From the NCBI GenBank assembly GCA_963748825.1, contig CAVVKN010000004.1, positions 32,001 through 96,000 of the forward strand: 64,000 bases of DNA. Direction: 5' to 3'. Shown here piece after piece: positions 44,201-53,935 of this stretch. Source of the DNA: Methanotrichaceae archaeon. Lineage in GTDB: Archaea > Halobacteriota > Methanosarcinia > Methanotrichales > Methanotrichaceae. The translations under genes and the position numbers were made by a program. The notes beneath the pieces are model-generated. The model made no database searches. It was not told the origin of the DNA and saw nothing but the letters and a program-made list of their open reading frames with translations. Every line of letters starts with the position of its first letter. The stretch's first letter is position 1.

Positions 44201-44695
44201 GCCGCTGACGGCCAGCACCTTCTTCTCGCCACAAATAAGCTCAGAGAGTATGCCGAGAGATCTTCCCCCGCCTACGATCTTCACCTGATGAAGCTCCAAA
44301 GAGCCTGTGTTCTCCAGGTAGACCTGAGACATTTCAGGCAGCAAATGGACCGTGGCCAAAAGAGAGGCACTCTTGGAGGCAACATTTTGCATAGTTTCAT
44401 ATGCATTTCCATTTTTTGTCTCTGCCGCGACAAATCCGCCTGCGAGATTCCCGTTCGTTTCGTTGTCTGAACTGGGATTGTCTGGGAAGGAGGGAGGACT
44501 TGATTTCAATTCAAGACGGGATAACAGATCAGGAGAATATGATTGAGGAGAGCTGCTATCAGGGACCTGCGGAAATAGATAGAATAGAGATGGAACTAGA
44601 ATAACTAAAAACATAGCTACGCCCAGGAGTGCCGGACTTACCTTGTGGTCAAGCCTCCCCCGAGGTAGTTTACGCCCAAAGCTACCTCTTCTCAT
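41204..44695 (-). CDS. Large membrane-anchored surface protein with repeated Ig-like (CARDB/DUF11-type) domains
   Basis: N-terminal TM; repeated N.G...L..I.V motifs (NRGEAELSDI, NKGTENLTDI, NSGEELLQNI, NTGSVPLYSI). Confidence 0.75.
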   Translation of the reverse strand: MRRGSFGRKLPRGRLDHKVSPALLGVAMFLVILVPSLFYLFPQVPDSSSPQSYSPDLLSRLELKSSPPSFPDNPSSDNETNGNLAGGFVAAETKNGNAYETMQNVASKSASLLATVHLLPEMSQVYLENTGSLELHQVKIVGGGRSLGILSELICGEKKVLAVSGSPEELQVSALDPTDGEVLARIQYISPTTSETPTGHASREEVLSTKAAPAAKPTFSGTAGADAAAPSPIDLTGVETPEISALLLTITANKSEGRAGEVVGYRCLAKNRGEAELSDIQISCAGKVASTKYLPAGKELFLDGAMQIENNTRLSASVRALDARDRIYTNNTSFDIWKISPSLKLEVTAPQRVHRGESVSLQIRIGNKGTENLTDILVRDSFGEIERIAQLPAGDFQVLQKEMTVSQSLQDMFSVIAHDLEGTEVFASEKFGLQVLNSSLLIQGDPSEVGIYPGEPAEVTWVLSNSGEELLQNITLEGDGKRRILKELAPSQSIKMAAIYTKNSTTWINVTAKGFDGNGFEAVSTAGVLLKSASPGITLKAMPSEIEVCPDEAAEISVLITNSGDDRLEDVALTLNGSTLATLGGLQPGEFRVINSKTVISDNCTIQFEATGRDSRGSTLSDRASVKVATVVAALKIFVSSSPPAIVPGEKSLLTCTVANTGSVPLYSIFVISKKLGPLGNIDYLSPKRQTTVASEKTVSEAIDDTITAEGFTQDKKPVRGTFSLSLKLLSSPGQVLEASESQASRPLQSSAVKMASANISFGNVSLPFNLPSQEEASSEVSRTMARDVDRSATRQNNVVLDGIANLLHYVEKLLGLNNGQSEPQGENESQVTNESQSHAALEYAPQGKDSLPGSKNYELSIVGVKDSEHGAISILDVNALPSQPAANEPVKVTVHLQSPDGIRSASVKYGLSELPLTRQDMLSVDRVYDSALSLESGSLEDGYWSGTIPGRGAGTYMPLSVFITGGSSTAEGGPYLIHWSTVNSAKERTVVAPSSGGNGMLFIESSSVKGSGEVSIKDTIMGSTMQFNEKIMGNGSISLETLRSIDRTGSVDSFTEKKDLVFTGGNLKGHKTLASPNFQGGMGASVTERFNLSHVDKSETSSVCSNNFANNTLAFKTDQAFDGTWNIQTKYAKFYKKIKADQKYTGSFQTQKDIEFSDAGQK

Positions 44696-44894
44696 GCAAC
44701 TACTCCCTTTCTTCCCCTGCTAAACTATCCCTTGCCAGGATCGCGATTCACGATCCGGACTGATTTAAATAAGACTAAATCCCTTCTCTGCCTTTTTTTA
44801 TATTTCTATCTATAAATGCGTTTCGGATGTTTAGGAAAAGAATCCATCGCAGACATAATTATTGTTTTATAGCTCAATAGATATACTTGACAGT

Positions 44895-46103
44895 ATGGAC
44901 CCGTTCCTCGCCTTTCTGGCAGCGGTAATTTTCGTCAGTCTGATCATACCCAGGCTCGGGCCGTTCTTGAGTTTAGTCATCTCCGCTATCGCCTTTGGCC
45001 TCCTGGTGGGCATGGGTGAAGAGGTGCTTGGATATGTGTCCACGGGCCTATCCCGGATCTTTTCCACCCTGGCCATAGTAGTATTCAGCGGTGCCCTGCT
45101 AGCAGAGTATCTGCGCAGAACGGAGAGCTTAGAGCGAATCGTTGCCGACCTGGGGCGACTGGCCGACAAAAGCCTGCTCATCGGGGGAGCGGCCGGTTAC
45201 CTCATCTCGCTGCCCGTGATGTGCAGCATCACCGCCTACATGATTTTGCAGCCGGTGGTAAGCGGCCTGGCCGGAAAAGACGGCGAGAACGGCAAACGGG
45301 CCCTTTTCATGACGGCAGCCTGCTCCATAATTTCTTTCAACCTCATCTATCCCTCCCCCGTCATGATCACACTCTCCACAGGTCTAGGGGCGGAACCACG
45401 CGATCTGCTCATGCGCGGCATTCCTATCTCGCTGGTTTTGTTCGCCCTGGCCTACATCCTTATGAAGCATTTTTTCCCAGCGAAAACAGAATCAAGAGAG
45501 ATCAGAGCCCCTGCTAAAATGAGCCGATCACGTGCCTGGGCCCCTCTGCTTGTACCAATAGCCCTGATCTTATTTGGCGGCCTGCAGGAGCAGACGCGCA
45601 TTTTGGCAGATCCAGGCGTAGCACTGCTCCTGGGAGCCATGCTCTGTTTGGCACTGGAGAGAAAGAAGATGCAAGAGCTGATTCATGTAGCCTCGCGAAG
45701 ATCCGGCGTGATATTGCTGGACCTATGCGGAGCGGGTGCTTTCGGCTATGTGGTAGCGCAAAGCGGCCTATCTCAGGAGATCTTCCGCCTGGGCCATTTT
45801 CTGCCCGCTCTGCTCCTGCCCTTCCTGGTATCTGCCGCCCTGCAGCTCGCCCAGGGCTCAAGAGTTGTGACGGCAACAGTAGCCACTCAGATCATGGCAA
45901 GCTATCCCCTGCCTGCGGTAACTTTAGCCCTGCTCATCGCGTCAGGAGCGTTCATGTTCTCCTATGTCACCGATCCTTACTTCTGGCTCATCAAGAGCTC
46001 CACAGGGGCGAGCATGAAGCAGACGGTTCTGGGATACACTCTGCCCCTCAGCCTGCTGGGCCTGGCCGCCTTCGCGCTAGCTGCAATATCGTCGATATTA
46101 TGA
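44895..46103 (+). CDS. GntP-family permease
   Basis: About 12 TM segments; LIYPSPV, AQGSRVVT, FSYVTDPYFWL. Confidence 0.85.
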   Translation: MDPFLAFLAAVIFVSLIIPRLGPFLSLVISAIAFGLLVGMGEEVLGYVSTGLSRIFSTLAIVVFSGALLAEYLRRTESLERIVADLGRLADKSLLIGGAAGYLISLPVMCSITAYMILQPVVSGLAGKDGENGKRALFMTAACSIISFNLIYPSPVMITLSTGLGAEPRDLLMRGIPISLVLFALAYILMKHFFPAKTESREIRAPAKMSRSRAWAPLLVPIALILFGGLQEQTRILADPGVALLLGAMLCLALERKKMQELIHVASRRSGVILLDLCGAGAFGYVVAQSGLSQEIFRLGHFLPALLLPFLVSAALQLAQGSRVVTATVATQIMASYPLPAVTLALLIASGAFMFSYVTDPYFWLIKSSTGASMKQTVLGYTLPLSLLGLAAFALAAISSIL

Positions 46104-46194
46104 GGAGATACTATGGGCAGGGGTCTGAGATGAAAGCAGCTGCAGAGGATGGCAGCATTTCCAAGAGAGAAGGTGCAAGTCACAAAATTGTGTA

Positions 46195-46261
46195 ATTAGG
46201 AGGGAGGCAAAAGTCCTGAAACATAGGAGGGAAAGAAATGAGTCTTCGACCTTTGCCAATC
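46195..46261 (-). ncRNA. Candidate anti-SD hairpin sRNA, copy C
   Basis: BRE/TATA CGAAAT-CCTTAAATA at 46296-46282; stem GGCAAAGGUC/GACUUUUGCC (one G-U); loop CAUUUCUUUCCCUCCUAUG; tail UCCCUCCU. Confidence 0.7.
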
Positions 46262-46373
46262 TAACTATACGTCAATCGCCGTATTTAAGGATTTCGTTCA
46301 CTCCGGTTAAAGAGTCAGGATTTAGAATTCTGTATCTGGCATGCATTTGGGAGTCCTCATCTGTGTTTTGCAT

Positions 46374-47174
46374 TCAGGATTTCGCCAGATCAAAGACCCA
46401 ACGGCAGACTCCGGGGGCAACATTGCCGCAGCTGCGAGCTTGCATAACCACCAGGCCCAGATCTTCGTAGCTCTTCTTGAGCGGCTCGATCTGGTGGCGC
46501 TTCTTGAAGGTATAAAAGTGCAAGCTTCCCTTGGATTTCACCAGGGGCAATACTGTTTCCAAAATCCCGTCTGCTCCGTAGGGCGCAGGAATGACGGCCC
46601 TGTGGAAATCCTTCCGGAGCAGCTTTGCCATATGAAAGGCATCGGCGTTTATTATCGCTATCCTCCTTTCCACTCGATTTCGCCGGGCGTTCTCCGCCAG
46701 ATAAAGGCATGCTTCGCGACTTTTCTCCAGTGCCAGGACATGGGCGCCCCGAGCGGCCAGGGGAATGGCAAATGGTCCCACGCCCGAGAAAGGAAGCAAC
46801 ACATCCTCACCGGCCACGACCGCTGCCGCCACCCTCATTCTCTCGTAACCGAGATGGCTGTTAAAGAAGACATTTGCTACATCCAGACGGTAGAGAAAGC
46901 CGAATTCCTTATGAATGGTGATGGTATCACCGACACCGGCCAGTAGCTCGAAGCCGGCCACCCTTCTCTCACCTTGCAGCTTGGAGGTCTTATTCAGCAC
47001 GGTATGAATGCTCTTGCCAGAAGAGAGCACAGCCCCAGCAATCTCCTTCTTGTAAGATGCCAGCTCCGGGGCAAGGGAGAGTATGGCAATATTCCCAATG
47101 ACATGAAAGCGATCCGATAGCCTGCTCAAGCACTCCTGTGGCACAACTCCTTGCAGCTTCTCTTTGAGGCGCAT
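46374..47174 (-). CDS. Trm5/TYW2-family SAM-dependent tRNA methyltransferase
   Basis: FHVIGNIA, HKEFG..YRLDV..VFFN, FSGVGPFAIP, ENARRN. Confidence 0.82.
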   Translation of the reverse strand: MRLKEKLQGVVPQECLSRLSDRFHVIGNIAILSLAPELASYKKEIAGAVLSSGKSIHTVLNKTSKLQGERRVAGFELLAGVGDTITIHKEFGFLYRLDVANVFFNSHLGYERMRVAAAVVAGEDVLLPFSGVGPFAIPLAARGAHVLALEKSREACLYLAENARRNRVERRIAIINADAFHMAKLLRKDFHRAVIPAPYGADGILETVLPLVKSKGSLHFYTFKKRHQIEPLKKSYEDLGLVVMQARSCGNVAPGVCRWVFDLAKS

Positions 47175-47399
47175 TATATTTAGTCCGTTAGGCTTTGCTT
47201 TGTCATTTCGTTGGGCCTTTGGGCCCTGATCTATCCATTTATTTTGGCAATATCTTGGTTTTGCAGCCTTATCTACATGCCCTCATGGGCAAAGCCGGCA
47301 TATCCATCCGTGGGAAGGGCTTTTCTCACCAACTTGGACAGGGCATGGATAAACCCATTTTTAGTTCAGGATAAACAGCCAAATGATCCCATCATCTAT

Positions 47400-48725
47400 G
47401 TGAACTACCGCGTCCTGAAGGGCGCGGCTTCCCACTTCATCGCCAATACTTGCATCACAGATATGCGATGTAGTGGTTTTGGCTCTATGGGCGCTACGGG
47501 CTGTTCCATCCCTGCGAAGAATATGTTCCTGGATGCATTGTAGTCTCGATCACATGAGAATCCGCAATAAGGACACTCATGTACTCGGACTGATAGGTCT
47601 TTTTTCACGATGCTTCCACAAACAGAACACTTTTGTGTGGTGTTCCTGGGATCTACTCTTATCAGCTTTCGACCAGCACTTTGAGCCTTGTACGAAAGCA
47701 TGAATATGAACTTAGACCAGGATGCATCATGAATGCTGCGATGCATGCCAGTGTTATGGCCTTTCTCTTTCAGGCCTTTGACATCAAGATCTTCAACACA
47801 AATGAGATCAAAGTTATTGATATAGGTCCGAGATAACTTATGCAGGAAATCATCACGTTGGCAATTGATTCTCTTATGCAGCTTCGCGATCTTATCCTTG
47901 ATTGCTTCGCGATTATTTGATCCCATCTTGGCTCTGGCTAGCTTTCTTTGTAGCTTTGCCAGTTTATCAGCAGATTGCTCGGCACATCTTGGATTCTCTA
48001 TATTATTGCCTTCGGAGTCAACCACGAAGGAAGTCAAACCGACATCCAGACCTACCGCTTCCTCGGTTCCTGGTAACGGCTGTGGTTCCCGATCGGCCTG
48101 GACTATGGCAAACCATCTCTCGCCTTCTCTCTTGATTATGACGGCTTTGATGCAACCTTCAATCTTTCGATAGATTTTGATCCGCATATCTCCTATCTTG
48201 GATAAATGCAATAGGCTGCGATCTTGATCAACCTTGAAACCAGATTGGTTGTAATTCAGGGTGTTGTACCAACCATATCCCTTGAAGCGAATATGTCCGA
48301 TCTTTCGGCCATTCTTTTGGGAAGCCGAGAGTCCTTTGATATTAGACCAAATAGTATAATTCACCATCTGAAGAACTTTTGTGTAGACCAGATTCAGCTT
48401 CGGATTTGTGAGCTTCAAAGAAGGAATCATGTTCTGAGTATCGTAAGTCTTGAGTTTGATGCCATTCTTCTTAGCATCATTCAGGTCTTGGAGGAGTCGA
48501 TTATAGAGCCACCTGCAAGCATCCAAATTCTCCGCTAACTTCCATTGGGTGATCTTGTTAGGAAAGATAGGATACTTGTAGCAGATCATCAAACGAATAT
48601 AGACATGCAAAACTAATATTTATATCAGTTGAGCGCGGCGTGAAAGTAATCATGGCAAAGGACTCCGCTTTCATCCCCACCCTAAAGGATGGGGACTTCC
48701 CGCTTCGTCCTTCGCAATCCTACAA
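47400..48725 (-). mobile_element. IS200/IS605-family (IS1341-type, tnpB-only) element
   Basis: Right end TCAC with hairpin CCGCGTCC-TGAA-GGGCGCGG; left-end hairpin CCCCACCCTAAAGGATGGGG at about 48675; left boundary approximate. Confidence 0.85.
47405..48610 (-). CDS. tnpB: RNA-guided endonuclease TnpB
   Basis: N-terminal HTH (CRWLYN); RuvC residues GLDVG, VEDL, DRDYNAS; Zn finger CSVC/CPYC. Confidence 0.95.
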   Translation of the reverse strand: MHVYIRLMICYKYPIFPNKITQWKLAENLDACRWLYNRLLQDLNDAKKNGIKLKTYDTQNMIPSLKLTNPKLNLVYTKVLQMVNYTIWSNIKGLSASQKNGRKIGHIRFKGYGWYNTLNYNQSGFKVDQDRSLLHLSKIGDMRIKIYRKIEGCIKAVIIKREGERWFAIVQADREPQPLPGTEEAVGLDVGLTSFVVDSEGNNIENPRCAEQSADKLAKLQRKLARAKMGSNNREAIKDKIAKLHKRINCQRDDFLHKLSRTYINNFDLICVEDLDVKGLKEKGHNTGMHRSIHDASWSKFIFMLSYKAQSAGRKLIRVDPRNTTQKCSVCGSIVKKDLSVRVHECPYCGFSCDRDYNASRNIFFAGMEQPVAPIEPKPLHRISVMQVLAMKWEAAPFRTR

Positions 48726-48758
48726 GTTAAAAATCCGTTTTCAAGGAACAAGACGTTG

Positions 48759-49184
48759 ATGGAAATGGGTTATCTAAGAGAAATCCGCAGGAGAGGAAGG
48801 GATGCCAACCCCTTCTTCCAATTGATGGAAATTGAGATCGGCACTTACGGCAACGGCGAAGCAGAGCTCTTCATGCCGGTGCGGCCCGATATGCACAACG
48901 ACGTAGGCTGGCTGCAGGGCGGCCTTTTTACCGCCCTTTGTGATGAAGCCATGGCCCTGGCCCTTTTCACAGTCCTGGAAGAGGATGCGGCCATCGCCAC
49001 CATATCGGAGAGCACCTCCTTTCTGCAAGGAGTTCGGAGCGGAAGAATCGCGGCCACGGGCAAGGTAGTCAAGAAAGGCAGAAACGTAGCTTTTATGGAA
49101 GGGTATGTCAAGTCCGAGGACGGCACAACCCTCACCGAGACCAGGGCCTCCTTTGCCATCATGCCCAAACGGAAGAACGCCTGA
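48759..49184 (+). CDS. PaaI-family thioesterase
   Basis: NPFF, HNDVGWLQGG..LCDEAM hot-dog fold motif. Confidence 0.88.
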   Translation: MEMGYLREIRRRGRDANPFFQLMEIEIGTYGNGEAELFMPVRPDMHNDVGWLQGGLFTALCDEAMALALFTVLEEDAAIATISESTSFLQGVRSGRIAATGKVVKKGRNVAFMEGYVKSEDGTTLTETRASFAIMPKRKNA

Positions 49185-49213
49185 GAGGCGTTGTGGTCGA
49201 TAATGATAAAAAA

Positions 49214-49423
49214 TTATTGCCCGGCCGGCTTGAATCCAGTCATGCCGTGCCCCCCAAGCTGCAGCGTTCTCACTATCTCGCCGGCAGCATAAGCGTCCTC
49301 CGCCTGGGCTAAAACCCTCACCTTACTAAGAAGAGTTCTCTTTCCACAGGGGCATGTCCTGGTCTTGGCGTCCTTCGGGGCGTAGAGGTGGCGACCACAA
49401 CTACACCGGAAGACGACGAACAT
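49214..49423 (-). CDS. DUF1922-like small Zn-ribbon protein
   Basis: FRCSCGRHLYA...TRTCPCG. Confidence 0.75.
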   Translation of the reverse strand: MFVVFRCSCGRHLYAPKDAKTRTCPCGKRTLLSKVRVLAQAEDAYAAGEIVRTLQLGGHGMTGFKPAGQ

Positions 49424-49440
49424 CTAAAAGAGAAGGGATT

Positions 49441-49824
49441 TTACGCGGCAGGCAGCAGTATGGCATTGATGACGCCATCCTGGCCGGGCCGGTTGGTTAT
49501 CCTGGCATCTCCCATTTCCGTCTTGATGACAGCACCCTTGGTGAGAATGTTCCTTCTCATGTAGTGCAAATTAGCCTTGTTTTCCTTTACGGTCTCAATC
49601 TTGACCATCTTGGACTTGCCAGTCACTGGATCGGCAATTGTGGCCATATTGCCCCGCAGCATGCGCATCTTTATGTTTCCGCCTTTTGTCTCGATCTTTT
49701 TAACTCTGACCGCGGCAATGGTGGTATCGCTCTGCTCTCTGCCTATCTCATACTTTCTCTTGCCCCTGGCGAGAATCAATTTTCCCCCGGTGGGCTTCCT
49801 TCCAAATTTGCCTTGCCAACGCAT
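49441..49824 (-). CDS. rps8e: 30S ribosomal protein S8e
   Basis: WQG..RKPTGG, KRKYEIGR, RRNILTKGAVI, RPGQDGVINA. Confidence 0.97.
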   Translation of the reverse strand: MRWQGKFGRKPTGGKLILARGKRKYEIGREQSDTTIAAVRVKKIETKGGNIKMRMLRGNMATIADPVTGKSKMVKIETVKENKANLHYMRRNILTKGAVIKTEMGDARITNRPGQDGVINAILLPAA

Positions 49825-49928
49825 ATTATAATTCCTCAGATCGCAAATCCTCTTTGGTGCACGGTATTTAATGGTTGTGGTGCTTTTGATCCCCGCCCCA
49901 TTCTTTTCAAATCCATTTCAAACCTATA

Positions 49929-51516
49929 TCAAACCTGTTTCAATCGCTTGGTCATGTAAGGCCCGCAGAGCTCATATCCCAGCCGCCGGTAGTAGCCTCG
50001 GGCACCAATGCCGCTGGTAATTTCCAGGGAGCTGTAGCCCGCTTCTTCTGCCAGGGTCTCTGCCTCATGCACCAGTCTTTCTCCGTAACCACGGTGCTGC
50101 CACCCTTCAGCTCTGCTGCCGATAGGAAGCATGGGCCCGTAGACATGCAGCTCCCTCACCCGGGCACGGGCAGAAAGTCGCAGGCGCAGGAATCCGACTA
50201 TTGTCTCGTCTTCTCCCTCAAAGGACAAAAAGTGCTCGGCACCGCCGCATGCCTCATAAGCCTCATGCATAAGCCGCACTTCCCCGCCCAAGAACCGGCG
50301 CAGTCCCGCTTCTCGACAACGAATGCAGCGGCAATGGCGGTCACGTGCCGACAGCAGCTGCTGGGCAAGCTGACGCAGATTGGATTTCTTGACCCCCGCC
50401 ACGATGAGCTGGGCGGGAATGTCTCGCTGCACACGCTGTAGCCGAACGTAGCCGGGCAGAATCTCTTTTATGCAAGAGACCAGCTCTGCCGCAGCGGCGT
50501 CGCCCAGTGGGACGTACTCGCCACTCAGGTACTGCCGGTAAAGCTCGGTTCCCTCCACCACTAAAGTGGGATATATTTTGAGGTAGTCCGGGCGAAAGCG
50601 GCTATCCGAAAAGAGCTCTTTGAAGACCTCCAGATCCACCTTTGGAGAGGAGCCGGGCAGTCCCGGCATCATGTGAAAGCCCACCTTCAGGCCCACCTCC
50701 CGCAGAGCACGATTGGCAGAGACTGTATCTTCGACCGTATGGCCACGCTTCATATTCTCTAAGAGATCATCACGAGTACTCTGCACGCCAAGCTCCACCT
50801 TGGTGGCTCCAAGAAGGAGCATGTTCATTGTCTCCTTGGGACCGCAGAAGTCCGGCCGGGTCTCGAAGGTGGTGCCGATGTTTCTAACCGATGCCGTCTC
50901 ATTGGCCGCAGCCACATCGACAAATGACTGGTACTCTGTGGAGAGCGCTTTTGCCGCAGGATAATCATTCATGGCCTGAAGACAGCGCTTGACAAACCAG
51001 TGCTGATAGCCCAATGGACGCGCTGTGATCGTTCCACCCATGATGATCAGCTCTGACTTATCCAGGGGATGGCCAATCTCATCCAGCTGAGCCAACCGCG
51101 CCCTTACTTGGCGGTAGGGGTCGTAGCCGTGCTGCGCAGCCCGAAGTGCCGCCGGCTCGCGACCGGTGTAGCTTTGCGCTGAGGAGCAAAGAATGCCGCC
51201 CGGACAGGGAACGCAGGTGCCGTGCGGGCAGCGGGCCGGAGAGGTCATGGCTGCAATGACGGCCACGCCGGAGAGGGTTCGTGTGGGCTTACGCACCAGC
51301 ATCTTGAGCCGGGCGCCGCTCCTGGGGCGTGGCATTGCTGAGTATATCGGCATTGCTAGGGAGCGATGAGAGGGCTAGCCGAGATGAGGCGTCCTTCTTA
51401 TGCGACTCCAGATCCGCCTGCGTCTTGATAACGCCGGCCAGTATGGCATCGACTATGCTTCTAAGCTCAATTGCCAGAGCCTTGCCATCCCGACATGCCG
51501 AAAGCGACTCATTCAT
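49929..51516 (-). pseudogene. elp3: Elp3 tRNA uridine(34) acetyltransferase (radical SAM + GNAT) with a +1 frameshift near 51315
   Basis: KPTRTLSGVA, CPHGTCVPC, ETRPD, KIYPTLV, RELHVYG, QHRGYG; N-terminus is in another frame; span 1588 = 3n+1; may be a sequencing error. Confidence 0.85.
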
Positions 51517-51540
51517 AGCGAAAAGGATGCAAAGGGACCA

Positions 51541-51870
51541 TCAATCACAACCACAATCAGGCTCAATTTTTCCTTCTGCCTTCGCTTGCAGATACTGCTG
51601 CTCAACCTGCTGGGCAAGATTGCAGCGAAGCAAGCCCGAGACGAACATGCCTGCCATCAAGACCTGCTCTTTGGACATCTCTTTTAACGCCTCCTTGAGC
51701 TTTGCCACCGCTTCCTGCTCGCTGCCGGTCTGGGGATCGAAGAGCAGCATTTTGAATTGATCGCCGATCTTCATCATCTCCTCTGATGGAATGTCAAAGA
51801 AGCCGCGAACTATCTCCAGGACCAGGGATTCCTCGTTTGGTTCGAACATGTTTTGACCTAGAGGATACAT
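51541..51870 (-). CDS. Hypothetical protein
   Basis: 109-aa ORF co-oriented in the elp3 cluster. Confidence 0.6.
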   Translation of the reverse strand: MYPLGQNMFEPNEESLVLEIVRGFFDIPSEEMMKIGDQFKMLLFDPQTGSEQEAVAKLKEALKEMSKEQVLMAGMFVSGLLRCNLAQQVEQQYLQAKAEGKIEPDCGCD

Positions 51871-51889
51871 GATGAAATAGGTTTGGCAT

Positions 51890-52831
51890 CTAGAGAAGCT
51901 CGCACAAAAAGAGAGGCCTTTTCCGGCCCAACTGCCTTATGGCCAGTCCTCCCTCATCCAGAAGCATATAGGTATCGGGTGTCTCAAGGCAGGTGCGATT
52001 TTTCTGCTCGCGCGTAAAGCTGCCCGCGTTCACGGCCAGAGGGCCACCCTTTCTCTGAAATATGCCAGGACGGTGCGTATCCCCATAAATGAAGCAGTCT
52101 ATTTTGCCGAGGCTCCTCTCGCGAATGAACTTCAATATGGCCTCATATTGCCCCTCTACAGAAGCCTGGCGCTGGTTGGGAAAAACACCAGCGTTAAACC
52201 TCAGCAGAAGACTGGAGGCCTTCCAGATAGAGTTCTCGAAAGAGACCATCTCTCCGATGCAGGCAGAACGGTAGATGCTCTCGTAGGCGTAAGTCATCAT
52301 CATCTCCAGGTCTGCAGGAAGAAACTCCTCCCCAGAGAGTCTGCGCAGCTTCTCCACCAACTGCAAAGTGAAAGTTTGGATGCCGTCCAGATGATGACCA
52401 TGCGTGAAGAGGAAGGTCCTATGACAGCATCGGGCCCGGTAAGTAGGATAGAGCATATCGATATCAACGCCGCAAAAAGTCCGGCGCCAGCGAATTGTTG
52501 GAATATAAATGGGATATAGATCGCCGCGACTTGCCCTCTCCATGAACTCGGCCTCCTGCTTTTGTACCACCAGGTGATGATCGTGATTTCCTACAACGTA
52601 GCGAATCTTCAGATTCTCCTGAGAGAGCCGTTTTAAGAAAGGAATTGAGCCCTTCACAGCATTCTCTGGGCGTACCCTCCAAAAATCGAAGATATCTCCC
52701 AAAAGCACAACCTCATCGAAGCCGCCCTCAAATTCCGATATCTCTTGCATCAACTGGTCTACCTTTACCGGATTACTGAGAGTCGATGAATCCAGGCCGA
52801 AATGCGTATCAGAGATTATCAGAGATGCCAT
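51890..52831 (-). CDS. Calcineurin-like metallophosphoesterase
   Basis: ISDTH, LGDIFD, GNHD, THGH, YGDTH (usual GHTH motif has D in place of the first H). Confidence 0.85.
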   Translation of the reverse strand: MASLIISDTHFGLDSSTLSNPVKVDQLMQEISEFEGGFDEVVLLGDIFDFWRVRPENAVKGSIPFLKRLSQENLKIRYVVGNHDHHLVVQKQEAEFMERASRGDLYPIYIPTIRWRRTFCGVDIDMLYPTYRARCCHRTFLFTHGHHLDGIQTFTLQLVEKLRRLSGEEFLPADLEMMMTYAYESIYRSACIGEMVSFENSIWKASSLLLRFNAGVFPNQRQASVEGQYEAILKFIRERSLGKIDCFIYGDTHRPGIFQRKGGPLAVNAGSFTREQKNRTCLETPDTYMLLDEGGLAIRQLGRKRPLFLCELL

Positions 52832-52993
52832 GCTTACCTTCCCCCTTCCCACAACTGTTTATTACTGTTGTTATTTATAAATATTGTGAGTCATGAACAC
52901 CTGGAAAACGGCAAGTGAAACATAGTTCCTAGACAGATTCACCCCCCTCGAGCAAAAGACAAAAATATGTTCTAAAAAAAGCAAAACATCAGA

Positions 52994-53866
52994 ATGATCG
53001 ACATCGCCATTCCCAAGGGCAGCCTGCAAAATCAGACACTGCAGCTCTTCGAGCAAGCCGGGCTGGAGGTTAAGAGAACCGAGCGGGAGTACAATGCCCG
53101 CATACAAGATCCTCGCATCGGCAAGGTGAAGATCCTCCGTCCCCAGGAGATACCAGGATATGTAGCCAAAGGCTATTTCGACCTGGGCATCTCCGGAACG
53201 GACTGGATAATGGAGTCCGGTTCCGTCGTGGCCCATGTGGCTGAGCTCAACTACGGCAAACTGGGACCGGGCATTGTAAAGCTGGTGGTTGCCGTGCCCG
53301 AGAGCCTGGATATTCACTCCGCCCGTGAGATAAAACCGGGCAGCCGCGTATCCACGGAATATCCGAGCCTCACCCAGGCCTTCTTCTTGAGCCTGGGAAT
53401 ACCGGTGGACATCCAGTTCTCTTTTGGAGCGACCGAAGCCAAGGTTCCGGAGCTGACCGATGTGGTCGTCGATCTCACCGAGACCGGTTCCACCCTGAAG
53501 AAGAACGGCCTGAAGATCATTGATGTCATGCTCAAGTCCACCTCGGAGCTGATTGCCAACAAAAAGAGCTGGGCTGACCCGGAGAAGCGCGAGGAGATCA
53601 TCGCCGTGGAGACGCTTCTATCCGCAGTCATAAAGGCGAGAGGAAAGGTCCTGCTCAAGATGAATGTGCCCGAAGATGCCATTAAGGATGTCATCTCCAT
53701 GCTGCCCAGCATGAAGAATCCCACCATCTCCAAGCTCTACAACTCCGGCTACTACGCCGTGGAGACTGTGGTGGACAAATCCACCGTCAACCTGCTCATT
53801 CCCCAGTTGAAAAAGTCGGGAGCAGAGGATATCCTGGAGCTGGCCATCTCCAAGATCGTACCCTAA
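52994..53866 (+). CDS. hisG: ATP phosphoribosyltransferase (long form)
   Basis: AIPKGSL, RPQEIP, DLGISG, SFGATEAK, DLTETGSTL, C-terminal regulatory domain. Confidence 0.95.
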   Translation: MIDIAIPKGSLQNQTLQLFEQAGLEVKRTEREYNARIQDPRIGKVKILRPQEIPGYVAKGYFDLGISGTDWIMESGSVVAHVAELNYGKLGPGIVKLVVAVPESLDIHSAREIKPGSRVSTEYPSLTQAFFLSLGIPVDIQFSFGATEAKVPELTDVVVDLTETGSTLKKNGLKIIDVMLKSTSELIANKKSWADPEKREEIIAVETLLSAVIKARGKVLLKMNVPEDAIKDVISMLPSMKNPTISKLYNSGYYAVETVVDKSTVNLLIPQLKKSGAEDILELAISKIVP

Positions 53867-53935
53867 ATCTATAATTCATCCTTTTTCCAAAGCAAGTAGC
53901 AGCAAAACAATAATATGTTTTTTAAAAAAAGCAAG

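Noticed and set aside
46113-46195. Tiny ORFs after the gntP-like gene (MGRGLR; MKAAAEDG...)
   Set aside because: No features or independent support
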